Below are positions 12,945-26,200 of a DNA stretch of 64,000 nucleotides, piece by piece. The stretch lies in the NCBI GenBank assembly GCA_964016885.1, contig OZ024744.1, positions 131,874,001 to 131,938,000 of the forward strand, in the 5' to 3' direction. Below the pieces are notes generated by a model that did no database searches, was not told where the DNA came from, and worked only from the letters and a program-made list of their open reading frames with translations. The stretch comes from Eledone cirrhosa. Taxonomy: Eukaryota. The stretch's first letter is position 1. Each line of letters begins with the position of its first letter. The translations under genes and the position numbers were made by a program.

Positions 12945-15900
12945 TGGGGTTAAGTTAAGTTGGGGTTAAGTTAACTTTGTGGTTAAGTTAAGTTGGGGTT
13001 AAGTTAAGTTGGGGTTAATTTAAGTTGGGGTTGAGTTAAGTTGGGGTTGAGTGAAGTTGGGGTTAAGTTAAGTTGGGGTTAAGTTAAGTTGGGGTTGAGT
13101 TAAGTTGGGGTTAAGTTAAGTGGTGGTTATGTTAAGTTGGGGTTAAGTTAAATTGGGGTTAATTTAAATTGGGGTTAAGTTAACTTTGTGGTTAAGTTAA
13201 GTTGGGGTTAAGTTAAGTTGGGGTTAATTTAAGTTGGGGTTGAGTTAAGTTGGGGTTGAGTGAAGTTGGGGTTAAGTTAAGTTGGGGTTAAGTTAAGTTG
13301 GCGTTAAGTTAAGTTGGGGTTGAGTTAAGTTGAGGTTGAGTTAATTTAGGGTTAAGTTAAGTTGGGGTTAAGTTAAGTTGGGTTTAAGTTAAGTTGGGGT
13401 TAAATTAAGTTGGGGTTAAATTAAGTTGGGGTTAAGTTAAGTTGGGGGTAAGTTAAGTTGGGGTTAAGTTAAGTTGGGGTTAAGTTAAGTTGGGGTTAAG
13501 TTAGGTTGGGGTCAAGTTAAGTTGGGGTTAAGTTAAGTTGGGGTTAAGTTAAGTTGGGGTTAATTTAGTTGGGGTTAAGTTAAGTTGGGGCTAAGTTAAG
13601 TTGGGGCTAAGTTAAGTTGGGGTTAAGTTAAGTTGGGGTTAAGTTAAGTTGGGGTTAAGTTAAGTTGGGGTTAAGTTAAGTTGGGGTTAAGTTAAGTTGG
13701 TGTTAAGTTAAGTTGGGGCTAAGTTAAGTTGAGGCTGAGTTAAGTTGGGGTTAAGTTAAGTGGTGGTTATGTTAAGTTGGGGTTAAGTTAAGTCGGGGTT
13801 AAGTTAAGTTGGGGTTAAGTTAAGTTGGGGTTAAGTTAAGTTGGGGTTAAGTTAAGTTGGGGTTAAGTTAAGTTGGGGTTGAGTTAAGTTGGGGTTAAGT
13901 TAAGTTGGGGTTAAGTTAAGTTGGGGTTCAGTTAAGTTTGTGGTTAAGTTAAGTTGGGGTTAAGTTAAGTTGGGGTTAATTTAAGTTGGGGTTGAGTTAA
14001 GTTGGGGTTGAGTGAAGTTGGGGTTAAGTTAAGTTGGGGTTAAGTTAAGTTGGCGTTAAGTTAAGTTGGGGTTGAGTTAAGTTGAGGTTGAGTTAATTTA
14101 GGGTTAAGTTAAGTTGGGGTTAAGTTAAGTTGGGTTTAAGTTAAGTTGGGGTTAAATTAAGTTGGGGTTAAATTAAGTTGGGTTTAAGTTAAGTTGGGGG
14201 TAAGTTAAGTTGGGGTTAAGTTAAGTTGGGGTTAAGTTAAGTTGGGGTTAAGTTAGGTTGGGGTCAAGTTAAGTTGGGGTTAAGTTAAGTTGGGGTTAAG
14301 TTAAGTTGGGGTTAATTTAGTTGGGGTTAAGTTAAGTTGGGGCTAAGTTAAGTTGGGGCTAAGTTAAGTTGGGGTTAAGTTAAGTTGGGGTTAAGTTAAG
14401 TTGGGGTTAAGTTAAGTTGGGGTTAAGTTAAGTTGGGGTTAAGTTAAGTTGGTGTTAAGTTAAGTTGGGGCTAAGTTAAGTTGAGGCTGAGTTAAGTTGG
14501 GGCTGAGTTAAGTTGGGGTTAAGTTAAGTTGGGGTTGAGTTAAGTCGGGGTTAAGTTAAGTTGGGGTTAAGTTAAGTTGGGGTTAAGTTAAGTTGGGGTT
14601 AAGTTAAGTTGGGGTTAAGTTAAGTTGGGGTTGAGTTAAGTTGGGGTTAAGTTAAGTTGGGGTTAAGTTAAGTTGGGGTTCAGTTAAGTTTGGGTTAAGT
14701 TAAGTTGGGGTTAAGATGGGGTTAAATTAAGTTGGGGTTTAGTTAAGTTGGGGTTAAGTTAAGTTGGGGTTAAGTTAAGTTGGGGTTAAGTTAAGTCGGG
14801 GTTAAGTTAAGTCGGGGTTAAGTTAAGTTAGGGTTAAGTTAAGTTGGAATTAAGTTAAGTTGGGGTTGATTTAAGTTGGGGTTGAGTTAAATTAGGGTGG
14901 AGTTAAGTTGGGGTTGAGTTAAGTTGGTGTTGAGTTAAGTTAGGGTTAAGTTAAGTTGGGGTTAAGTTAAGTTGCAGTTAAGTTAAGTTGAGATTAAGTT
15001 AAGTTGGGGTTAAGTTAAGTTTGAGTTAAGTTGGGGTTAAATTAAGTTGGGGTTATGTTAAGTTGGGGTTTAGTTAAGTTGGGGTTAAGTTAAGTTGGGG
15101 TTAATTTAAGTTGGGGTTAAGTTAAGTTGGGGTTAAGTTAAGTGGTGGTTATGTTAAGTTGGGGTTAAGTTAAGTTGGGGTTAATTTAAATTGGGGTTAA
15201 GTTAACTTTGTGGTTAAGTTAAGTTGGGGTTAAGTTAAGTTGGGGTTAAGTTAAGTTGGGGTTGAGTTAATTGGGGTTGAGTGAAGTTGGGGTTAAGTTA
15301 AGTTGGGGTTAATTTAAGTTGGGGTTAAGTTAAGTCGGGGTTAAGTTAAGTTGGGGTTGAGTTAAGTTGGGGTTAATTTAAGTTGGGGCTAATTTAATTT
15401 GTGGTTAAGTTGGGGTTAAGTTAAGTTGGGGTTAAGTTAAGTTGGGGTTGAGTTAAGTTGGGGTTGAGTTAATTTAGGGTTAAGTTAAGTTGGGGTTAAG
15501 TTAAGTTGGGTTTAAGTTAAGTTGGGGTTAAATTAAGTTGGGGTTAAGTTAAGTTGGGGGTAAGTTAAGTTGGGGGCAAGTTAAGTTGGGGTTAAGTTAA
15601 GTTGGGGTTAAATTAAGTTGGGGTTAAGTTAAGTTGGTGTTAAGTTAAGTTGGGGTTTATTTAAGTTGGGGTTAATTAAGTTGGGGTTAAGTTAAGTTGG
15701 GGTTAAGTTAAGTTGGGGTTAATTTAAGTTGGGGTTGAGTTAAGTTGGGGTTAAGTTAAATGGGTTTATATTAAGTTGGGGTTAAGTTAAGTTGGGGTTA
15801 AGTTAAGTTGGGGTTCAGTTAAGTTGCGGTTAATTTAAGTTGGGGTTAAGTTAAGTTGGGGTTCAGTTAAGTTGGGGTTAAGTTTAGTTGCGGCTAAGTT

Positions 15901-18900
15901 AAGTTGGGGTTAAGTTAAGTTGGTGTTAAGTTAAGTTGGGGCTAAGTTAAGTTGGGGCTGAGTTAAGTTGGGGCTGAGTTAAGTTGGGGTTAAGTTAAGT
16001 TGGGGTTGAGTTAAGTTGGGGTTAAGTTAAGTTGGGGTTAAGTTAAGTTGGGGTTAAGTTAAGTTGGGGTTAAGTTAAGTTGGGGTTTAGTTAAGTTGGG
16101 GTTCAGTTAAGTTGGGGTTAAGTTAAGTTTGGGTTAAGTTGGGGTTAAATTAATTTGGGGTTAAGTTAAGTTGGGGTTTAGTTTAGTTGGGGTTAAGTTA
16201 AGTTGGGGTTAATTTAAGTTGGGGTTAAGTTAAGTTGCGGGTAATTTAAGTTGGGGTTAATTTAAGTTGGGGTTAAGTTAAGTTGGGGTTAAGTTAAGTT
16301 GGGGTTAAGTTAAGTTGGGGGTAAGTTAAGTTGGGGGTAAGTTAAGTTGGGGGTAAATTAAGTTGGGGTTAAGTTAAGTTAGGGTTAAGTTAAGTTGGGG
16401 TTGAGTTAAGTTGGGGTTAAGTTAAGTTGGGGTTATGTTAAGTTGGGGTTAAGTTAAGTTGCGGTTAAGTTAAGTTGGCGTTATGTTAAGTTGGGGTTAA
16501 GTTAAATTGGGGTTAAGTTAAGTTGGGGTTAAGTTAAGTTGGGGTTAAGTTAAGTTGGGGTTAAGTTAGATTGTGGTTAAGTTAAGTTGGGGTTAAGTTA
16601 AGTTGGGGTTAAGTTAAGTTGGGGTTAAGTTAAGGCGGGGTTAAGTTGAGTTGGTGTTAAGTTAAGTTGGGGTTAAGTTAAGTTGGGGTTGAGTTAATTT
16701 GGGGTTAACTTAAGTTGGGGGTACTTAAGTTGGGTTTAAGTTAAGTGGGGTTAAGTTAAGTTGGGGTTAAGTTAAGTTGGGGTTAAGTTAAGTTGGGGTT
16801 AAGTTAGGTTGTGGTTAAGTTAAGTTGGGGGTAAGTTAAGTTGGGGGTAAGTTAAGTTGGGGTTAATTTAAGTTGGGTCTAATTAAGTTGGGGTTAATTT
16901 AAGTTGGGGTTAAGTTAAGTTGGGGTTGAGTTAATTTGGGGTTAACTTAAGTTGGGGGTACTTAAGTTGGGTTTAAGTTAAGTGGTGTTAAGTTAAGTTG
17001 GGGGTAAGTTAATTTGGGGGTAAGTTAAGTTGGGGTTAATTTAAGTTGGGTCAAATTAAGTTGGGGTTAAGTTAAGTTGGGGTTAAGTTAAGTTGGGGTT
17101 AAATTAAGTTGGGGTTAAGTTAAGTTGGGGTTAAATTAAGTTGGCGTAAGTTAATTTGTGGTTAAGTTAAGTTGGGGTTAAGGTAAGTTGGGATTAAGTT
17201 AAGTTGGGGTTGAGTTAAGTTGGGGTTGAGTTAATTTAGGGTTAAGTTAAGTTGTGGTTAAGTTAAGTTGGGTTTAAGTTAAGTTGGGGTTAAATTAAGT
17301 TGGGGTTAAATTAAGTTGGGGTTAAGTTAGGTTGGGGGTAAGTTAAGTTGGGGGCAAGTTAAGTTGGGGTTAAGTTAAGTTGGGGTTAAATTAAGTTGGG
17401 GTTAAGTTAAGTTGGTGTTAAGTTAAGTTGGGGTTTATTTAAGTTGGGGTTAATTAAGTTGGGGTTAAGTTAAGTTGGGTTTAAGTTAAGTTGGGGTTAA
17501 TTTAAGTTGGGCTTGAGTTAAGTTGGGGTTAAGTTAAGTTGGGTTTATATTAAGTTGGGGTTAAGTTAAGTTGGGGTTAAGTTAAGTTGGGGTTCAGTTA
17601 AGTTGCGGTTAAGTTAAGTTGGGGTAAAGTTAAGTTGGTGTTAAGTTAAGTTGGGGTTAAGTTAAGTTGGTGTTAAGTTAAGTTGGGGCTAAGTTAAGTT
17701 GGGGCTGAGTTGAGTTGGGGTTGAGTTAAGTTGGGGTTAATTTAAATTGGGGTTAAGTTAACTTTGTGGTTAAGTTAAGTTGGGGTTAAGTTAAGTTGGG
17801 GCTAAGTTAAGTTGGGGTTGAGTTAAGTTGGGGCTGAGTTAAGTTGGGGTTAAGTTAAGTTGGGGTTGAGTTAAGTTGGGGTTAAGTTAAGTTGGGGCTA
17901 AGTTAAGTTGGGGCTAAGTTAAGTTGGGGTTCAGTTAAGTTGGGGTTAAGTTAAGTTTGGGTTAAGTTGGGGTTAAATTAAGTTGGGGTTAAGTTAAGTT
18001 GGGGTTTAGTTAAGTTGGGGTTAAGTTAAGTTGGGGTTAATTTAAGTTGGGGTTAAGTTAAGTTGGGGTTAAGTTAAGTTGGGGTTAAGTTAAGTTGGGG
18101 TTAAGTTAACTTTGTGGTTAAGTTAAGTTGGGGTTAAGTTAAGTTGGGGTTAATTTAAGTTGGGGTTGAGTTAAGTTGGGGTTGAGTGAAGTTGGGGTTA
18201 AGTTAAGTTGGGGTTAAGTTAAGTTGGGGTTGAGTTAAGTTGGGGTTAAGTTAAGTGGTGGTTATGTTAAGTTGGGGTTAAGTTAAATTGGGGTTAATTT
18301 AAATTGGGGTTAAGTTAACTTTGTGGTTAAGTTAAGTTGGGGTTAAGTTAAGTTGGGGTTAATTTAAGTTGGGGTTGAGTTAAGTTGGGGTTGAGTGAAG
18401 TTGGGGTTAAGTTAAGTTGGGGTTAAGTTAAGTTGGCGTTAAGTTAAGTTGGGGTTGAGTTAAGTTGAGGTTGAGTTAATTTAGGGTTAAGTTAAGTTGG
18501 GGTTAAGTTAAGTTGGGTTTAAGTTAAGTTGGGGTTAAATTAAGTTGGGGTTAAATTAAGTTGGGGTTAAGTTAAGTTGGGGGTAAGTTAAGTTGGGGTT
18601 AAGTTAAGTTGGGGTTAAGTTAAGTTGGGGTTAAGTTAGGTTGGGGTCAAGTTAAGTTGGGGTTAAGTTAAGTTGGGGTTAAGTTAAGTTGGGGTTAATT
18701 TAGTTGGGGTTAAGTTAAGTTGGGGCTAAGTTAAGTTGGGGCTAAGTTAAGTTGGGGTTAAGTTAAGTTGGGGTTAAGTTAAGTTGGGGTTAAGTTAAGT
18801 TGGGGTTAAGTTAAGTTGGGGTTAAGTTAAGTTGGTGTTAAGTTAAGTTGGGGCTAAGTTAAGTTGAGGCTGAGTTAAGTTGGGGTTAAGTTAAGTGGTG

Positions 18901-21900
18901 GTTATGTTAAGTTGGGGTTAAGTTAAGTCGGGGTTAAGTTAAGTTGGGGTTAAGTTAAGTTGGGGTTAAGTTAAGTTGGGGTTAAGTTAAGTTGGGGTTA
19001 AGTTAAGTTGGGGTTGAGTTAAGTTGGGGTTAAGTTAAGTTGGGGTTAAGTTAAGTTGGGGTTCAGTTAAGTTTGTGGTTAAGTTAAGTTGGGGTTAAGT
19101 TAAGTTGGGGTTAATTTAAGTTGGGGTTGAGTTAAGTTGGGGTTGAGTGAAGTTGGGGTTAAGTTAAGTTGGGGTTAAGTTAAGTTGGCGTTAAGTTAAG
19201 TTGGGGTTGAGTTAAGTTGAGGTTGAGTTAATTTAGGGTTAAGTTAAGTTGGGGTTAAGTTAAGTTGGGTTTAAGTTAAGTTGGGGTTAAATTAAGTTGG
19301 GGTTAAATTAAGTTGGGTTTAAGTTAAGTTGGGGGTAAGTTAAGTTGGGGTTAAGTTAAGTTGGGGTTAAGTTAAGTTGGGGTTAAGTTAGGTTGGGGTC
19401 AAGTTAAGTTGGGGTTAAGTTAAGTTGGGGTTAAGTTAAGTTGGGGTTAATTTAGTTGGGGTTAAGTTAAGTTGGGGCTAAGTTAAGTTGGGGCTAAGTT
19501 AAGTTGGGGTTAAGTTAAGTTGGGGTTAAGTTAAGTTGGGGTTAAGTTAAGTTGGGGTTAAGTTAAGTTGGGGTTAAGTTAAGTTGGTGTTAAGTTAAGT
19601 TGGGGCTAAGTTAAGTTGAGGCTGAGTTAAGTTGGGGCTGAGTTAAGTTGGGGTTAAGTTAAGTTGGGGTTGAGTTAAGTCGGGGTTAAGTTAAGTTGGG
19701 GTTAAGTTAAGTTGGGGTTAAGTTAAGTTGGGGTTAAGTTAAGTTGGGGTTAAGTTAAGTTGGGGTTGAGTTAAGTTGGGGTTAAGTTAAGTTGGGGTTA
19801 AGTTAAGTTGGGGTTCAGTTAAGTTTGGGTTAAGTTAAGTTGGGGTTAAGATGGGGTTAAATTAAGTTGGGGTTTAGTTAAGTTGGGGTTAAGTTAAGTT
19901 GGGGTTAAGTTAAGTTGGGGTTAAGTTAAGTCGGGGTTAAGTTAAGTCGGGGTTAAGTTAAGTTAGGGTTAAGTTAAGTTGGAATTAAGTTAAGTTGGGG
20001 TTGATTTAAGTTGGGGTTGAGTTAAATTAGGGTGGAGTTAAGTTGGGGTTGAGTTAAGTTGGTGTTGAGTTAAGTTAGGGTTAAGTTAAGTTGGGGTTAA
20101 GTTAAGTTGCAGTTAAGTTAAGTTGAGATTAAGTTAAGTTGGGGTTAAGTTAAGTTTGAGTTAAGTTGGGGTTAAATTAAGTTGGGGTTATGTTAAGTTG
20201 GGGTTTAGTTAAGTTGGGGTTAAGTTAAGTTGGGGTTAATTTAAGTTGGGGTTAAGTTAAGTTGGGGTTAAGTTAAGTGGTGGTTATGTTAAGTTGGGGT
20301 TAAGTTAAGTTGGGGTTAATTTAAATTGGGGTTAAGTTAACTTTGTGGTTAAGTTAAGTTGGGGTTAAGTTAAGTTGGGGTTAAGTTAAGTTGGGGTTGA
20401 GTTAATTGGGGTTGAGTGAAGTTGGGGTTAAGTTAAGTTGGGGTTAATTTAAGTTGGGGTTAAGTTAAGTCGGGGTTAAGTTAAGTTGGGGTTGAGTTAA
20501 GTTGGGGTTAATTTAAGTTGGGGCTAATTTAATTTGTGGTTAAGTTGGGGTTAAGTTAAGTTGGGGTTAAGTTAAGTTGGGGTTGAGTTAAGTTGGGGTT
20601 GAGTTAATTTAGGGTTAAGTTAAGTTGGGGTTAAGTTAAGTTGGGTTTAAGTTAAGTTGGGGTTAAATTAAGTTGGGGTTAAGTTAAGTTGGGGGTAAGT
20701 TAAGTTGGGGGCAAGTTAAGTTGGGGTTAAGTTAAGTTGGGGTTAAATTAAGTTGGGGTTAAGTTAAGTTGGTGTTAAGTTAAGTTGGGGTTTATTTAAG
20801 TTGGGGTTAATTAAGTTGGGGTTAAGTTAAGTTGGGGTTAAGTTAAGTTGGGGTTAATTTAAGTTGGGGTTGAGTTAAGTTGGGGTTAAGTTAAATGGGT
20901 TTATATTAAGTTGGGGTTAAGTTAAGTTGGGGTTAAGTTAAGTTGGGGTTCAGTTAAGTTGCGGTTAATTTAAGTTGGGGTTAAGTTAAGTTGGGGTTCA
21001 GTTAAGTTGGGGTTAAGTTTAGTTGCGGCTAAGTTAAGTTGGGGTTAAGTTAAGTTGGTGTTAAGTTAAGTTGGGGCTAAGTTAAGTTGGGGCTGAGTTA
21101 AGTTGGGGCTGAGTTAAGTTGGGGTTAAGTTAAGTTGGGGTTGAGTTAAGTTGGGGTTAAGTTAAGTTGGGGTTAAGTTAAGTTGGGGTTAAGTTAAGTT
21201 GGGGTTAAGTTAAGTTGGGGTTTAGTTAAGTTGGGGTTCAGTTAAGTTGGGGTTAAGTTAAGTTTGGGTTAAGTTGGGGTTAAATTAATTTGGGGTTAAG
21301 TTAAGTTGGGGTTTAGTTTAGTTGGGGTTAAGTTAAGTTGGGGTTAATTTAAGTTGGGGTTAAGTTAAGTTGCGGGTAATTTAAGTTGGGGTTAATTTAA
21401 GTTGGGGTTAAGTTAAGTTGGGGTTAAGTTAAGTTGGGGTTAAGTTAAGTTGGGGGTAAGTTAAGTTGGGGGTAAGTTAAGTTGGGGGTAAATTAAGTTG
21501 GGGTTAAGTTAAGTTAGGGTTAAGTTAAGTTGGGGTTGAGTTAAGTTGGGGTTAAGTTAAGTTGGGGTTATGTTAAGTTGGGGTTAAGTTAAGTTGCGGT
21601 TAAGTTAAGTTGGCGTTATGTTAAGTTGGGGTTAAGTTAAATTGGGGTTAAGTTAAGTTGGGGTTAAGTTAAGTTGGGGTTAAGTTAAGTTGGGGTTAAG
21701 TTAGATTGTGGTTAAGTTAAGTTGGGGTTAAGTTAAGTTGGGGTTAAGTTAAGTTGGGGTTAAGTTAAGGCGGGGTTAAGTTGAGTTGGTGTTAAGTTAA
21801 GTTGGGGTTAAGTTAAGTTGGGGTTGAGTTAATTTGGGGTTAACTTAAGTTGGGGGTACTTAAGTTGGGTTTAAGTTAAGTGGGGTTAAGTTAAGTTGGG

Positions 21901-23214
21901 GTTAAGTTAAGTTGGGGTTAAGTTAAGTTGGGGTTAAGTTAGGTTGTGGTTAAGTTAAGTTGGGGGTAAGTTAAGTTGGGGGTAAGTTAAGTTGGGGTTA
22001 ATTTAAGTTGGGTCTAATTAAGTTGGGGTTAATTTAAGTTGGGGTTAAGTTAAGTTGGGGTTGAGTTAATTTGGGGTTAACTTAAGTTGGGGGTACTTAA
22101 GTTGGGTTTAAGTTAAGTGGTGTTAAGTTAAGTTGGGGGTAAGTTAATTTGGGGGTAAGTTAAGTTGGGGTTAATTTAAGTTGGGTCAAATTAAGTTGGG
22201 GTTAAGTTAAGTTGGGGTTAAGTTAAGTTGGGGTTAAATTAAGTTGGGGTTAAGTTAAGTTGGGGTTAAATTAAGTTGGCGTAAGTTAATTTGTGGTTAA
22301 GTTAAGTTGGGGTTAAGGTAAGTTGGGATTAAGTTAAGTTGGGGTTGAGTTAAGTTGGGGTTGAGTTAATTTAGGGTTAAGTTAAGTTGTGGTTAAGTTA
22401 AGTTGGGTTTAAGTTAAGTTGGGGTTAAATTAAGTTGGGGTTAAATTAAGTTGGGGTTAAGTTAGGTTGGGGGTAAGTTAAGTTGGGGGCAAGTTAAGTT
22501 GGGGTTAAGTTAAGTTGGGGTTAAATTAAGTTGGGGTTAAGTTAAGTTGGTGTTAAGTTAAGTTGGGGTTTATTTAAGTTGGGGTTAATTAAGTTGGGGT
22601 TAAGTTAAGTTGGGTTTAAGTTAAGTTGGGGTTAATTTAAGTTGGGCTTGAGTTAAGTTGGGGTTAAGTTAAGTTGGGTTTATATTAAGTTGGGGTTAAG
22701 TTAAGTTGGGGTTAAGTTAAGTTGGGGTTCAGTTAAGTTGCGGTTAAGTTAAGTTGGGGTAAAGTTAAGTTGGTGTTAAGTTAAGTTGGGGTTAAGTTAA
22801 GTTGGTGTTAAGTTAAGTTGGGGCTAAGTTAAGTTGGGGCTGAGTTGAGTTGGGGTTGAGTTAAGTTGGGGTTAATTTAAATTGGGGTTAAGTTAACTTT
22901 GTGGTTAAGTTAAGTTGGGGTTAAGTTAAGTTGGGGCTAAGTTAAGTTGGGGTTGAGTTAAGTTGGGGCTGAGTTAAGTTGGGGTTAAGTTAAGTTGGGG
23001 TTGAGTTAAGTTGGGGTTAAGTTAAGTTGGGGCTAAGTTAAGTTGGGGCTAAGTTAAGTTGGGGTTCAGTTAAGTTGGGGTTAAGTTAAGTTTGGGTTAA
23101 GTTGGGGTTAAATTAAGTTGGGGTTAAGTTAAGTTGGGGTTTAGTTAAGTTGGGGTTAAGTTAAGTTGGGGTTAATTTAAGTTGGGGTTAAGTTAAGTTG
23201 GGGTTAAGTTAAGT
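12945..23214 (+). repeat. Higher-order repeat, 5135-bp period, 2 tandem copies
   Basis: ttaactttgtgg at 12971 and 18106; rare ggaatt at 14846 and 19981. The copies diverge at 18080 versus 23215. Confidence 0.92.
13190..14490 (+). repeat. Local duplication at 752-bp offset inside the 5135-bp unit
   Basis: tgaggttgagttaatttaggg at 13331 and 14083, each followed by the same variant series (ttaggttggggtca, ttaatttag, tgaggctgag). Confidence 0.8.
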
Positions 23215-26200
23215 GGTGGTTATGTTAAGTTGGGGTTAAGTTAAGTTGGGATTAATTTAAATTGGGGTTAAGTTAACTTTGTGGTTAAGTTAAGTGGGGG
23301 TTAAGTTAAGTTGGGGTTAAGTTAAGTTGGGGTTGAGTTAAGTTGGGGTTGAGTGAAGTTGGGGTTAAGTTAAGTTGGGGTTAATTTAAGTTGGGGTTAA
23401 GTTAAGTCGGGGTTAAGTTAAGTTGGGGTTGAGTTAAGTTGGGGTTAATTTAAGTTGGGGCTAAGTTAATTTGTGGTTAAGTTAAGTTGGGGTTAAGTTA
23501 AGTTGGGGTTAAGTTAAGTTGGGGTTGAGTTAAGTTGGGGTTAAGTTAATTTGTGGTTAAGTTAAGTTGGGGTTAAGTTAAGTTGGGGTTAAGTTAAGTT
23601 GGGTTTAAGTTAAGTTGGGGTTAAAATTAAGTTGGGGTTAAGTCAAGTTGGGGTTAAGTTAAGTTGGGGTTAATTTAGTTGGGGTTAAGTTAAGTTGGGG
23701 CTAAGTTAAGTTGGGGCTAAGTTAAGTTGGGGCTAACTTAAGTTGGGGTTAAGTTAAGTTGGGGTTGAGTTAAGGTGGGGTTCATTTAAGTTGGGGTCAA
23801 CTTAAATTGGGGTTAAGTTAAGTTGGGGTTAAGTTAAGTTGGGGTTAAGTTAAGTTGGGGTTAAGTTAAGTTGGGGTTAAATTAAGTTGGTGTTAAGTTA
23901 AGTTGGGGCTAAGTTAAGTTGGGGCTGAGTTAAGTTGGGGCTGAGTTAAGTTGGGGTTAAGTTAAGTTGGGGTTGAGTTAAGTTGGGGTTAAGTTAAGTT
24001 GGGGTTAAGTTAAGTTGGGGTTAAGTTAAGTTGGGGTTAAGTTAAGTTGGGGTTGAGTTAAGTTGGGGTTAAGTTAAGTTGGGGTTCAGTTAATTTGGGG
24101 TTAAGTTAAGTTGGCGTTAAGATGGGGTTAAATTAAGTTGGGGTTAAGTTAAGTTGGGGTTAAGTTAAGTTGGGGTTCAGTTAAGTTGGGGTTAAGTTAA
24201 GTTGGGGTTAAGATGGGGTTAAATTAAGTTGGGGTTAAGTTAAGTTGGGGTTAAGTTAAGTTGGGGTTAACTTAAGTTGGGGTTAAGTTAAGTCGGGGTT
24301 AAGTTAAGTCGGGGTTAAGTTAAGTTAGGGTTAATTTAAGTTGGAGTTAAGTTAAGTTGGGGTTGAGTTAAGTTGGGGTTGAGTTAAATTGGGGTGGAGT
24401 TAAGTTGGGGTTGAGTTAAGTTGGTGTTGAGTTATGTTGGGGTTAAGTTAAGTTGGGGTTAAGTTAAGTTGCAGTTAATTTAAGTTGAGGTTAAGTTAAG
24501 TTGGGGTTAAGTTAAGTTGGGGTTAAGTTAAGTTGGGGCTAAGTTAAGTTGGGGCTAAGTTAAGTTGGGGCTAAGTTAAGTTGGGGTTCAGTTAAGTTGG
24601 GGTTAAGTCAAGTTTGGGTTAAGTTGGGGTTAAATTAAGTTGGGGTTAAGTTAAGTTGGGGTTTAGTTAAGTTGGGGTTAAGTTAAGTTGGGGTCAATTT
24701 AAGTTGGGGTTAAGTTAAGTTGGGGTTAAGTTAAGTGGTGGTTATGTTAAGTTGGGGTTAAGTTAAGTTGGGATTAATTTAAATTGGGGTTAAGTTAACT
24801 TTGTGGTTAAGTTAAGTGGGGGTTAAGTTAAGTTGGGGTTAAGTTAAGTTGGGGTTGAGTTAAGTTGGGGTTGAGTGAAGTTGGGGTTAAGTTAAGTTGG
24901 GGTTAATTTAAGTTGGGGTTAAGTTAAGTCGGGGTTAAGTTAAGTTGGGGTTGAGTTAAGTTGGGGTTAATTTAAGTTGGGGCTAAGTTAATTTGTGGTT
25001 AAGTTAAGTTGGGGTTAAGTTAAGTTGGGGTTAAGTTAAGTTGGGGTTGAGTTAAGTTGGGGTTAAGTTAATTTGTGGTTAAGTTAAGTTGGGGTTAAGT
25101 TAAGTTGGGGTTAAGTTAAGTTGGGTTTAAGTTAAGTTGGGGTTAAATTAAGTTGGGGTTAAATTAAGTTGGGGTTAAGTTAGGTTGGGGGCAAGTTAAG
25201 TTGGGGTTAAGTTGGGGTTAAATTAATTTGGGGTTAAGTTAAGTTGGGGTTTAGTTTAGTTGGGGTTAAGTTAAGTTGGGTTTATATTAAGTTGGGGTTA
25301 AGTTAAGTTGGGGTTAAGTTAAGTTGGGATTCAGTTAAGTTGCGGTTAAGTTAAGTTGGGGTTAAGTTAAGTTGGGGTTAAGTTAAGTTGGGGTTAAGTT
25401 AAGTTGGGGTTAAGTTAAGTTGGTGTTAAGTTAAGTTGGGGCTAAGTTAAGTTGGGGCTGAGTTAAGTTGGGGCTGAGTTAAGTTGGGGTTAAGTTAAGT
25501 TGGGGTTGAGTTAAGTTGGGGTTAAGTTAAGTTGGGGTTAAGTTAAGTTGGGGTTAAGTTAAGTTGGGGTTAAGTTAAGTTGGGGTTTAGTTAAGTTGGG
25601 GTTCAGTTAAGTTGGGGTTAAGTTAAGTTTGGGTTAAGTTGGGGTTAAATTAATTTGGGGTTAAGTTAAGTTGGGGTTTAGTTTAGTTGGGGTTAAGTTA
25701 AGTTGGGGTTAATTTAAGTTGGGGTTAAGTTAAGTTGCGGGTAATTTAAGTTGGGGTTAAGTTAAGTTGGGGTTAAGTTAAGTTGGGGGTAAGTTAAGTT
25801 GGGAGTAACTTAAGTTGGGGGTAAGTTAAGTTGGGGTTAAGTTAAGATAGGGTTAAGTTAAGTTGGGGTTGAGTTAAGTTGGGGTTAAGTTAAGTTGGAG
25901 TTACGTTAAGTTGGGGTTAAGTTAAGTTGCGGTTAAGTTAAGTTGGGGTTAAGTTAAGTTGGGGTTAAGTTAAATGGGGGTTAAGTTAAGTTGGGGTTAA
26001 GTTAAGTTGGGGTTAAGTTAAGTTGGGGTTAAGTTAGATTGTGGTTAAGTTAAGTTGGGGTTAAGTTAAGTTGGGGTTAAGTTAAGTTGGGGTTAAGTTA
26101 AGTTGGGGTTAAGTTGGGGTTAAGTTACGTTAGGGTTAAGTTAAGTTGGGGTTGAGTTAAGTTGGGGTTAAGTTAAGTGGTGGTTATGTTAAGTTGGGGT